64,000 nucleotides of DNA from Candidatus Eiseniibacteriota bacterium (GCA_963792585.1 CAWBWI010000004.1:266548-330547); one strand, 5' to 3'; counted from the stretch's first letter, positions 19,651 to 29,735 are shown. A program made the numbers and translations. Notes: generated by a model from the sequence alone, not told the origin.

Positions 19651-22140
19651 TTATCTGGCCAAGATCACCCGTCCCGTCTTGGTCCCCTGTGGCGTTACAA
19701 CCCGGGCAAAGTAGACTCCTGTCGGCACCTCTCGTCCGTTGTCATCTCGTCCGTCCCATGGGGTCGAGAAGGAACCGGCCGGCAGCTGGCCCTCCACTAG
19801 CTGCCGCACAAGGACTCCGGCCGCGTCGAATATCTCAAGGGTGATAGCCGTCGCTGTGGGCAAGCCATAAAGGATCGAGACTTCTCGGGAGCTAGGATTA
19901 GGAGCGGCCGTGAGAGTCAGCGACTCCGCAGTCCGAGATATCGCCTCGATAGCGGAAGGCGGACACTGGTTGCCCAGACAGAGTGTTCCATCTCCCTGGT
20001 AGTTGTTTGGAGGCTGACATCCTTCCTGGGTTGCCTGCCTGCATGTGCCGTCAACATAACAGCATGCTCCCGGCCGTGGACACGGATTCGGCTCGCAGGT
20101 CGTCCACTCCCCGTGCCAGACGTTGGGAGCGACACACTCAAGGGACGTCGTGATTGTGCAGGTCCCGGTCGTGGGGTTGCAGCACGCACCTTGAGGCTGT
20201 GGACTGGACAGCTTGGCGACGAACGCGTCGTGATCGCCCCCGTTATACGATGTGTCGTAGGCTCCCGGCGTCGTGGGGAATGTCGAAGAGGCCAGTCCCG
20301 TCAAGACGGGGCATTCAGAAATATCCAGAGCGAGGGCAACGCCTCCGTCCCCGCCACTTCCCCCCAGGAAAGTGCTAAAGAGAAGTATCGAACCCGTGCC
20401 GGAGAGCCTGGCGACGAATGCGTCACTGTAGCCATCGAGCGAGGCGTCGTACGCCCCCGGCGTCGTCGGGAAGTCCGAAGATACGGTAGAGCCCGTCAGG
20501 ATTGGTTCTCCTGCTGCATTCAGAGCAAGGGCCGAGGCCCTATCAAGGTTGTTTCCCCCCAGGAAGGTGCCCCAAAGAAGGCTCGAACCCGTGCTGGAAA
20601 GCTTGGCGACGAAGACGTCATAGCCGCCGCCGTTGAATGAGGTGTCGAACGCCCCCGGCGTCGTGGGGAAGTCAGAAGACCAGGTCAACCCCGTCAGGAC
20701 GGAGTTTCCTGAAGTGTCCAGCGCGAGAGCATAGCCCTCCTCAACATCGCTCCCCCCCAGGAAGGTGCTCCAGAGAAGGCTCGAACCTGTGCTGGAAAGC
20801 TTGGTGACGAAGGCATCGACGGAGCCGTTGATCGAGGTGTTGTATGCCCCCGCCGTCGTAGGAAAGTCCGCAGATAAGGCATACCCCATCACGACGGGAT
20901 TATCTGACGAGTCCGGAACGATCGCATAACCCCGGTCATAGTCGTTCCCTCCTAGGAAGGTGCTCCAGAGAAGGCTCGAACCCGTGCCAGAAAGCTTGAC
21001 GACGAACGCGTCGTACAGGCCACCGTTGAATGAGGTGTCGAACGCCCCCGGCGTCGTGGGGAAGTCGGATGAGTAGGTGTACCCAGTCAGGACAGGGTTT
21101 CCAGAAGCGTCCAGAGCGACGGAAAGGGTACAGTCCATATCGCCCCCCCCTAGTAGGGTGCTCCAGAGAAGGCGCGAACCCGTGCCAGAAAGCTTGGCGA
21201 CAAACGCATCACTGTGGCCGGCGAGCGAGGCGTCGTACGCCCCCGGCGTCGTGGGGAAGTCAGAAGACTCGGTTCTACCCGCTAGGACTGGGTCTCCTGA
21301 AGTGTCCAGAACGATAGCATCGCCGTCGTCATCGCTGCTTCCCCCCAGGAATGTGCCCCAGAGAAGCGCGCTCGGATCGTCCCGATCTCCCAGCCCCACA
21401 TCCTCACCGTCGATCTCCCCAAGTGCTCTCCCCGCCAAGAATCGTCCTTCCCTGCTCCCGGCCCCCGGCCGGACCTCCACCAACCACCCCGCCGATGTCT
21501 CGAGCCACACCTCCGGGCCCCCGCGATCCATCACCTGCTCGACGCCCTTGTACAGGAACCGGGAGGGTTGTGGCGCGGCACCGTTCTGCGCCACCATCTC
21601 GTACGTCAACGCACCATCCTGGCTCCGGAATACCAGATCCACGCCGGGCCAGAGTTCCGGATAGACAACCTCGCCGTAGGAGGGAACGTCCGTCCGCCAT
21701 CGGGCCGGGTCATTCCCAAGAAAGAAGTTGTACCTGCCAGGTAACTCCTCACGAGCCTCCACGCGGGGTGCGGAATCCGCTCCGTCAAAGCAGAGCCACA
21801 CGGCGCAGCCGCGTCTCTGCGATGATCTAGGCTCTCCTGCAAGTTGTACTGCACTCGCCGGTCCACGTGAGAACCTCGGATGCCGTCCCGCGCCAGTCTC
21901 CCAGGATGCCTCCACTGTTTGCTCCACATCCGCCTGCGTGTCCTCATCGCGCAGGTCGAAAACCAAAGCATCCCTTGTGAAGTAGACGGTCCCACGCTGC
22001 CCCGTGCCGTAGAACAAGACCCGTTCGTCCAACTGGCCGCGGTTCTGGATGAACCCGCTGGAGATGGCCTCCGCTCTGGGCACAGTGAGAACACAAGCAG
22101 TCAAGATCAGCAAACAGACGCCAAGGAACCTCACCGGCAC
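19651..22140 (-). CDS. Secreted SBBP beta-propeller protein (6 clear repeats), 2 Cys-rich modules, FlgD-Ig CTD; start uncertain
   Basis: FIQNRGQ N-domain; repeats LLWSTFLGG..D...G.T.SSDFPTTPGAYD..DAFVAKL. Confidence 0.9.
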   Translation of the reverse strand: MPVRFLGVCLLILTACVLTVPRAEAISSGFIQNRGQLDERVLFYGTGQRGTVYFTRDALVFDLRDEDTQADVEQTVEASWETGAGRHPRFSRGPASAVQLAGEPRSSQRRGCAVWLCFDGADSAPRVEAREELPGRYNFFLGNDPARWRTDVPSYGEVVYPELWPGVDLVFRSQDGALTYEMVAQNGAAPQPSRFLYKGVEQVMDRGGPEVWLETSAGWLVEVRPGAGSREGRFLAGRALGEIDGEDVGLGDRDDPSALLWGTFLGGSSDDDGDAIVLDTSGDPVLAGRTESSDFPTTPGAYDASLAGHSDAFVAKLSGTGSRLLWSTLLGGGDMDCTLSVALDASGNPVLTGYTYSSDFPTTPGAFDTSFNGGLYDAFVVKLSGTGSSLLWSTFLGGNDYDRGYAIVPDSSDNPVVMGYALSADFPTTAGAYNTSINGSVDAFVTKLSSTGSSLLWSTFLGGSDVEEGYALALDTSGNSVLTGLTWSSDFPTTPGAFDTSFNGGGYDVFVAKLSSTGSSLLWGTFLGGNNLDRASALALNAAGEPILTGSTVSSDFPTTPGAYDASLDGYSDAFVARLSGTGSILLFSTFLGGSGGDGGVALALDISECPVLTGLASSTFPTTPGAYDTSYNGGDHDAFVAKLSSPQPQGACCNPTTGTCTITTSLECVAPNVWHGEWTTCEPNPCPRPGACCYVDGTCRQATQEGCQPPNNYQGDGTLCLGNQCPPSAIEAISRTAESLTLTAAPNPSSREVSILYGLPTATAITLEIFDAAGVLVRQLVEGQLPAGSFSTPWDGRDDNGREVPTGVYFARVVTPQGTKTGRVILAR

Positions 22141-22409
22141 CCCGCCGCGACTCCATCTTTCGGACCAGGAGTCGACGGAGCATCGGACCTTGCCAACATG
22201 AGGACGAAAGAAGCTCCCATACAAGCCAGCCATGGCGAATCCCCCGTTCGTAATTGCACCTGTGGAATGATCCGCTGTTGTGACCGGGAAGTATCCTACG
22301 CTTCTCCGAGCCCACAAGCAATGTGGACTCTACGGCGGGTGATGTACGAGGTTGTGTGCCAGGCCGGTCTCAGGAAGTGCTTGAGACGGGCGGGAGATAG
22401 CTCCGTGTA

Positions 22410-22517
22410 CCGCGCCCCGGCCCCATGCCGCCCTGTCCCGCTCGCATCCGCGTTCACCACGAGATCGCAGTTTCGTGAAGCGTCCTCAGCGGGCATCGCT
22501 CATGACGGGAGCGTCCC
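22410..22517. repeat. Intergenic repeat family, copy D (left part)
   Basis: GCGTTCACCACGAG..GCAGTTTCGTGAAGCG..CAGCGGGCA.CGCTCATG matches 14006-14060. Confidence 0.8.
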
Positions 22518-22592
22518 GCACACATGCCACGCCAGATTCGCGAGTCTTGTCCCTCTGCGGCCAAGTTTTTCCGCGACCATCTCGATCGTGCA

Positions 22593-23325
22593 TTACCGAA
22601 ACAGCGACTTCACCTCACCCCAGGTCGTGTTCTTTACCGGCGTCGATTCGCATGGATTCGGATCGCACGGAATCCCGTCGCCCACGTACGCCCCTCCGGC
22701 CACTTCGCAATCCTCCACGGTTCCCTCCAGGCAAGCACCCGATGGGAAGCAGCAGGCTCCAGTTCCGGTACTGGTGACTGACACGGCATCGAGCGCCAGT
22801 CCTTGCCCGAAATGGGGACTCCAGACGTGTGTGAACTGCAGCGTGGTCAGTTGGGAATCCGCCGTGAACCGCCTGGCGTAGGTCAGGTAGTTCATGTTGT
22901 CGCGCGTCGATCCGGAATGCGTGAGGGTCGTGTCGACCAGGTGTTGTGGTGCCCAGCACCTGCACCCTGCCGGTGGCCGTAGACGCATCTATGTTGTTCG
23001 CATATGCAAACGAGAGTGAGTACGCTTGCCCGGGTACGGTCGCGAAGGACTGCAGAATCGTGGTTCCGATGCCACTGTCACCGTCCAGATCGATCGACTG
23101 CGAGCCCTGGAAGGCAGGCCAGTAATCACGGACCAGATCGATGGTCCAGCCATCCGGGATCGTCCAGCCTGTGATGAAGTCGCCCGTTACGTCGACGAAA
23201 TCCGTGCCAGCGGGTAACGGTGGCAGTTCAAACCCGCCGTTCACGATCTGCTCTGCCATGGCCGTGGTCGCGCCGCCCAGGATGATGATGACCGCGACCA
23301 TCCACGAACAAGACCTGTTCATCAT
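22593..23325 (-). CDS. Secreted DUF642/choice-of-anchor-C-like protein, Cys-rich module, TTWGEVKSLFR; frameshift near 22945
   Basis: IVNGGFE, GSQSIDLDG, QSFATVPGQAYSLSF; continues in ORF 22593-22988. Confidence 0.82.
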
Positions 23326-23358
23326 GTTGAGTCTCCCCTCTCGCGCGGGGCACTCCGC

Positions 23359-24135
23359 CTAACGGTAGATCGCCTTGACCCGCCCCCAAGTGGTGGTCTC
23401 AATGGGTGTCGACTCGCAGGGGTTGGGATCACAGGGAACCTCGTCGCCCAGGTAGGTTCCTCCCGCCCCCTCGCAGCCCGCCTCCGTCCCCAGCAGGCAA
23501 TCGCCGGAGGCGAAGCAACACGCGCCGACCGGAGGCTCGGTGGTCTCCAGTACGAAGTCGATCTGGGTGCTGTCGTAGTAGAAGGAGATGGGGCTCACCG
23601 CGCATTCCACCGTGGATCCCGCGTGCACGGAAATCGTCCCGCTGTAGTCCGCCGTCGTGCCGAGCCCATCGAGCGTCGCCTCGTAGAGCTCTATACCGTC
23701 GGCGAGGATGAATACAATCTTCGAGCCGATGTCGATGGACAGAAAGTGTGCGGTCACCGTCACACTGTCAGCGCTCGGCGCCGTCCACCGAACCACGCTC
23801 TGCTGAGCGGGCCCAGGATGAAAGAGGGCCTTATGCGGCTGGATGACAAAGGTCTGGCAGGTGATCGGGTAGTCGTGGGGGTTCCGGATCACATTGGGGC
23901 ACCAGACCTCGAAGTACTTCACCCACGGTTCGAGATCGGGACAGAAGTAGTTGTGGTCGGTGTAGAGAGTCAGCGGCTCTTCCGCGGAGGGCCGCCACCC
24001 GTACGACCACGCCCCGTTCGGGTTCTGAGTTGCCGAGAAGTCATCGGCCAGGTTCCAGACTTCTCCCTGACTCACGACCGGGCACAGCAGCAGGAGCGTG
24101 CACACCACGCCCGCGATTCGCATCTTCATGGTCAT
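23359..24135 (-). CDS. Secreted protein with Cys-rich module and TTWGRVKAIYR (258 aa)
   Basis: GAGGAG RBS; signal peptide; DFSATQNPNGAWSYG. Confidence 0.88.
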   Translation of the reverse strand: MTMKMRIAGVVCTLLLLCPVVSQGEVWNLADDFSATQNPNGAWSYGWRPSAEEPLTLYTDHNYFCPDLEPWVKYFEVWCPNVIRNPHDYPITCQTFVIQPHKALFHPGPAQQSVVRWTAPSADSVTVTAHFLSIDIGSKIVFILADGIELYEATLDGLGTTADYSGTISVHAGSTVECAVSPISFYYDSTQIDFVLETTEPPVGACCFASGDCLLGTEAGCEGAGGTYLGDEVPCDPNPCESTPIETTTWGRVKAIYR

Positions 24136-24221
24136 TTTCTCCTCTGAAATACGACGGCATTCCTCGACGAACGGGAGTGGGGGTGGTCGCAAGTCGAATG
24201 AGGCGGAGTATGGAATGTGGC

Positions 24222-24778
24222 TGCCCTTCGGACCTCTCGGCGGAGGGGCTTCCCACGAGCACGCTGTGGACTTACGGCCTGCATACTCGGCTCCAGAACC
24301 TCGATCCCGTGTGCACCGGAGTGGCGCTCATCGTCGCGGTCGGGCGGCGAAGGCGTCTGGAGAAGTCGCAACGAGGGTACCGCCATCACGGCTGAGACTC
24401 CAGCGGCATTTGCTGGGCGTTCACCGAGAGGCGGCGCAGCACTACCGGTCAGAAAGCGGTCCTTGTTGCTGCGGTAGCGGTTACGAGGATCACCAGCGAG
24501 GCTGGTCGGAAACCGTATCGAGCGGTACCGCTCATGCCGAGAGCGTCCACCACATCGTCGGAGAGAACCGAGAGGAAGAGAGTTTCGCCCCCTCGCGCCC
24601 CAATTCGTGACGGTTCACACCGCTCGCGCTCGATACACTTCGCAAACAGAGAATCCGCACCGCCGAATTCACCCCCGCAACACGCAAGCGTTTCTGCGGA
24701 TATAGACGAGCCTTGGCGGCATGCACCACCGAGGCTCCGTCCACCGCTCTGATCACGCGCAGGTCATGCAGCGCGGCC
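24222..24778. repeat. Second repeat segment (24222-24425) and intergenic repeat copy E (24520-24778)
   Basis: Matches 12335-12540 and 14050-14270 respectively. Confidence 0.85.
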
Positions 24779-26950
24779 TTATCTTCAAGAGCACGACTCG
24801 CGCGGTCCTCGTCCCCGCGTTCGTCGAAACGCGTGCCAGATAGATCCCCGGCACGACCTCGCGGCCCGCATCGTCACGTCCATCCCAGACCACGTCGTGA
24901 ACGCCGACGCTCATGATCTCGTCCTGTAAACATCGTACCAAGCGCCCCGCAACATCGTGGATGGTCGTCCGCACGGAGCCTGCGGTCGGCAACTCGAAGC
25001 GAATCGCCGCCTGCCGCCACGCCGGATTCGGGACCGTACGCAGACGAAACGTCGCGGCGATGTCCGTGTTCTCGGCGTTTCCTACCGGCTCGCACTGGAC
25101 CGGCAGAATCTGGAGACCGGAATCGTAGTCTGCGACGTAGGCGTGGGTGCCCGAGACGGCCACGCCACGGGCACTCCCCGGCGTGTCCACGCTGCCCACG
25201 ATCTGCGGGCTCGCGGGATTCGTGATGTCGATCACCTGGAGACCGGGATCCCAGTCCGCGACGTAGGCGTAGGTGCCCGAGACGGCCACGCCATAGGCAG
25301 TCGTCCGGCGTGTTCACGCTGCCCACGATCTGGGGGCTCGCGGGATTCGTGATGTCGATCACCTGGAGACCGGATCCACTGTCCGCGACGTAGGCGTGGG
25401 TGCCCGAGACGGCCACGACCATAGGCAGTCCCCGGCGTGTCCACGCTGCCCACGATCTGGGGGCTCGCGGGATTCGTGATGTCGATCACCTGGAGACCGG
25501 AATACCTATCCGCGACGTAGGCGTGGGTGCCCGAGACGGCCACACCATGGGCATCGCCCGGCGTGTCCACGCTGCCCACGATCTGTGGGCTCGCGGGATT
25601 CGTGATGTCGATCACCTGGAGACCGGAATCGTACGTCCGCGACGTAGGCGTAGGTGCCCGAGACGGCCACACCATAGGCACTCCCCGGCGTGTCCACGCT
25701 GCCCACGATCTGGGGGCTCGCGGGATTCGCGATGTCGATCACCTGGAGACCGGACGTCCGCCGTCCGCGACGTAGGCGTGGGTGCCCGAGACGGCCACGC
25801 CATGACGCGCACTCCGGCGTGTCCACGCTGCCCACGATCTGAGGGCTCGCGGGATTCGTGATGTCGATCACCTGGAGACCGGAATCCCCGTCCGCGACGT
25901 AGGCGTGAGTGCCCGAGACGGCCACGCCTTGGGCACGTCCCGGCGTGTCCACGCTGCCCACGATCTGGGGCTCGGGGATTCGTGATGTCGATCACCGAAG
26001 ACCGGATGCTCAGTCCGCGACGTAGGCATAGGTGCCCGAGACGGCCACGCCCACGGCACGTCCGTGTCCACGCTGCCCACGATCTGGGGCTCTGGGATTG
26101 TGATGTCGATCACCTGGAGACCGGAATCCGTCCGCGACGTAGGCGTAGGTGCCCCGAGACGGCCACGCCAACGGCAGTCGCCCGGCGTGTCCACGCTGCC
26201 CACGATCTGGGGGCTCGCGGGATTCGTGATGTCGATCACCTGGAGACCGGACTACCCAGTCCGCGACGTAGGCGTAGGTGCCCGAGACGGCCACGCCCAT
26301 GGCATAGCCCGGCGTGTCCACGCTGCCCACGATCTGGGGGCTCGCGGGATTCGTGATGTCGATCACCTGGAGACCGGACGCGCCGTCCGCGACGTAGGCG
26401 TAGGTGCCCGAGACGGCCACGTCCATAGGCATCGCCCGGCGTGTCCACGCTGCCCACGATCTGGGGGCTCGCCGGATTCGTGATGTCGATCACCTGGAGA
26501 CCGGACTCGGCCGTCCGCGACGTAGGCGTAGGTGCCCGAGACGGCAACGTCCATAGGCATCGCCCGGCGTGTCCACGCTGCCCACGATCTGGGGGCTCGT
26601 CGGGATTCGTGATGTCGATCACCTGGAGACCGGAGCTGCCGTCCGCGACGTAGGCGTAGCTGCCCGAGACGGCCACGCCCAAGGCATCGCCCGGCGTGTC
26701 CACGCTGCCCACGATCTGGGGGCTCGCGGGATTCGTGATGTCGATCACCTGGAGACCGGAGCCCCAGCCGTCGGCGACGTAGGCGTGGGTGCCCGAGACG
26801 GCCACGTCCATAAGCCCAAGTCCCGGCGTGATCCACGCTGCCCACCCAGTGGAGGTAGTCTCCGTAGTCGATGCACTCAGCAGAGGCAGGGCACGAAACT
26901 ACGAGCACCCCAAGGAATGCCAGACCGATGACAACCACGGGAACTCTCAT
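24753..26950 (-). CDS. Secreted LVIVD-repeat beta-propeller protein, 14 units, FlgD-Ig CTD; many indels (true stop probably 24779)
   Basis: Signal peptide [10 protein letters not shown]; unit [42 protein letters not shown] with ~126-bp period. Confidence 0.9.
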
Positions 26951-27074
26951 GGCCAGTCCCTCCCTTCGATCTGCCACCGAAAGCACAGTCAATTCAGCAC
27001 GGAGAGATGCGGCGGGATGAGTTTAGGGGATCCTGACGCTCGGATCCATGGCGGATTTCGTAAACCCTTGCTCT

Positions 27075-27392
27075 GCACGCCACGCTCGCGTGAGCATCCA
27101 CCAGGAGAACTCAGTTTCGTATGCGGTTCGCTGTGGGGTTCGCTCATGTTGAGAGCGTCCACCACCGGGGGGATAGAGAATGGAGAGGCGAGAGTTCCGC
27201 CCCATTTTCGGCCCGTGCGTTCACCACTTCCGCGGACGCCAATCACGCAGAGAGCACGCCCCCGGGACCCGCCCGCGCAACACCCTCGCATTTCTGCGGA
27301 TACAACGCACCTTTTCGGCATCGTCGCACCGACGCTCCGCTCACCACTCTCCGCCGCTAAGTTCGTACCCTGCATCGTCCGGCTCCCCGCTC
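27075..27392. repeat. Intergenic repeat family, copy F (complete; closest to copy A)
   Basis: Core motifs at 27094, 27155, 27217, ~27276 and 27337. Confidence 0.85.
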
Positions 27393-27898
27393 CTACCGCG
27401 AACCAGCACACCAGCGGTTGACGCCCCACGCCCCCATCCATATGACGAGGCGAGCCATCTCACCCGATCGAATTCCGCGCCCCGCTCGCGGCATCCCTCT
27501 CGCGCCGGCTCACCAACCGGCCGCCCCGAGCGGCCTTCCCGCCACTCGCACGCCGCCCACAACCCCATCCGGCGTGCTCGGCATTCTTCGCCCGTGACCT
27601 CACGATCCTTCTGCAGGGATTTTCGGGTTACGGCCGTAACCGGTCGCACGCGGGTCCAAGTGCATCAAGTTGAGGTTCGATTTTGCGGCCGGATCCGCCA
27701 GCCCCGTCGGCAGGAGCCATCAACTTCGAGAATCGTGAAGTTGGGTCGACAGGTTACGCGTCAGAAACGATCTGCATGCGCCCGCGGGTGGGATTCCGAA
27801 CAATTAGAGAGGGATCCGGCCCGCCGGACCTCACATTTCCCCGTGCAGACCTGGCCCTACCCGCCAAACAGGCGGTGCACCACCCCGTCGACCTAGCC

Positions 27899-28732
27899 TC
27901 ACCGCTCCGGATGCGCGCGCAGCGTCATCAGCGACTTCCACGTTTCCTTCTCGAGGAAGCTGCCGGCCACGTTTCCCTCCATCTCCTCGTACATCGCCAG
28001 CGGCACTGTGAAGGTCATCATGTCGGGATCGATCAGGTGGGCGACGTTTCGCCTCGCCGAGATGTCGAAAAGTCCCATCACGGCGCGGGGGTGATCCCGC
28101 TCCGACTCGCTGTAGGAGAGGATGCCGACGGCATGGCAGCCGGCGCCGAAGGGCGCGATCACGTTGTCGTTCGTCGGCCGTCCGTAATTGGCCAGGACGA
28201 CGAGCGCCGAGAGCTGGTCGGGGTTGGCCAGGAAACTTATCGTCACCGGCCGCTCGCCATCCCCATTGATCTGCTCCAGCGGCTTGAAGACCACATAACG
28301 CGCGGGGATGTCCCGCATTGGGAGGGAATCCACGAAGGTCTTGGCCACTTCCGGGGATCGAAAGTACCCCTCCCCTTCGAGGAAGCTCTCGCGGGCCTGC
28401 GGGCTCATTCTCCCTTCCAAGGTCGCCGCGACGGTTCGGCCCCCTTCATCGAGCGCGTTTCCGCTCGAGAGGAACCGATAGAAGCAATCGATCCCACCGG
28501 GCGTTTCTGCGTAAACGTCGCCGAACCCGACCCCGACGCCCCCGCCGCGGCAGCCCATCGCCTCGCGCGAAAGCGCGGTGGTCCTCCCCAGCGCGGCCTG
28601 CACGAACATGACGATTGCGCATCCCCACTTCCCCGGCGTGAATTGACGCGCATCCGGCGGCTTCTCGTCGGCCCAGAGCAAAGCCACCGGCTGGTACTTG
28701 AGGCCCAGCGCCTCCCGAATCCGACTCTTCAT
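27899..28732 (-). CDS. DUF169 family protein
   Basis: LGLKYQPVA, GCRGGGVGVGFG, ANPDQLSAL, APFGAGC, GLFDISAR. Confidence 0.8.
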   Translation of the reverse strand: MKSRIREALGLKYQPVALLWADEKPPDARQFTPGKWGCAIVMFVQAALGRTTALSREAMGCRGGGVGVGFGDVYAETPGGIDCFYRFLSSGNALDEGGRTVAATLEGRMSPQARESFLEGEGYFRSPEVAKTFVDSLPMRDIPARYVVFKPLEQINGDGERPVTISFLANPDQLSALVVLANYGRPTNDNVIAPFGAGCHAVGILSYSESERDHPRAVMGLFDISARRNVAHLIDPDMMTFTVPLAMYEEMEGNVAGSFLEKETWKSLMTLRAHPER

Positions 28733-28751
28733 CGATCGGCTCCTAACGCGG

Positions 28752-29735
28752 CTAAACGATAACCTCGGTGCCTACACCGGAAGCGCGCGCAAGTTCGAAG
28801 ACGCGCACGGCGGTTGCGGCGTCCTGGACGGCCAGCCCGACCGACTTGAAGAAGGTGATCTCGTCGTCGGAGGTGCGCCCCGGCTTCGAGCCGGCGACGA
28901 TTTCGCCAAGCGAGGCGTGTATGCGGCCCTCGTCGTACTTCCCATCCTTGATGGCGAGGATCAGTTCCCCGGCTTCGGCCATGCAGGCGGGCAGGTAATC
29001 GGTCACCACCGTCGCGCGCCCGAGCAACTCGGCCCCGATCTCGCGGGCGTCGGCGGAATGGGCGCCGACCCCGTTGATGTGGGTCCCGGCGGCGATCCAG
29101 CCGTTCTCCAGAACCGGGGTCTTGCTGGAGGTCGCGAGGCAGAGGATCTCGTTCGCCGCGCAGGCGCGGGGATCCTCGGTGGCGCGGACCGGAATCCCGA
29201 GCTGTGCCGCCATGTCGGTCGCGAACCGCTCCCGCGCCTCCGGCAGCGGGTCGTAGACGAGCGCCTCGCGGATCGAACGGACATCGCAGACCGCGGCGAG
29301 CTGGGTCCGCGCCATGGCCCCCGCACCGAATATCCCCACGGTGGATGCCCCGGCCCGTGCCAGGTGCCGGGTCGCGACCCCGGAGACGGCCCCCGTGCGC
29401 ATCGCGGTCAGGAACCCCGCATCCATGATGGCCACCAGGGCTCCGGTCCGCGGATCGTTGAGCAAGAGGGTCCCGATGGTCGTCGGAAGACCGTGTTTGG
29501 CGGGATTCTCGGGGTAGACGGTCACGACCTTGAGCGCGAGGGCCCCCTGCTGGCCACCGATGTGGGCGGGCATTCCGAGGTGGAGCCCCTTGTGATCCGG
29601 CACGCGGATCGCGGTCCGCTGGGGCATCGTGACATTCCCGAGGGCCAGCTGTTTGAACCCTTCGGCGACCGCGGCGATCGTCTCCTTCATGGTGAGCACG
29701 GACTCGACATTCTTGCGGGTCAGCAATAGCGGCAT
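28752..29735 (-). CDS. Ornithine cyclodeaminase/mu-crystallin family (archaeal-type alanine dehydrogenase-like)
   Basis: LTAMRTGA, GIFGAGAMA, HINGVG, FFKSVGLAVQD. Confidence 0.92.
   Translation of the reverse strand: MPLLLTRKNVESVLTMKETIAAVAEGFKQLALGNVTMPQRTAIRVPDHKGLHLGMPAHIGGQQGALALKVVTVYPENPAKHGLPTTIGTLLLNDPRTGALVAIMDAGFLTAMRTGAVSGVATRHLARAGASTVGIFGAGAMARTQLAAVCDVRSIREALVYDPLPEARERFATDMAAQLGIPVRATEDPRACAANEILCLATSSKTPVLENGWIAAGTHINGVGAHSADAREIGAELLGRATVVTDYLPACMAEAGELILAIKDGKYDEGRIHASLGEIVAGSKPGRTSDDEITFFKSVGLAVQDAATAVRVFELARASGVGTEVIV

Noticed and set aside
23357..23363. GTTAGGC integron core site overlapping a stop codon
   Set aside because: No paired inverse core or attC stem, and the next gene starts ~30 nt later; likely chance.
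25095..26860. Complete diversity-generating retroelement
   Set aside because: There is no reverse transcriptase or template repeat in the window, the AD-xx-SG loop varies at all positions, and many adenines are invariant.
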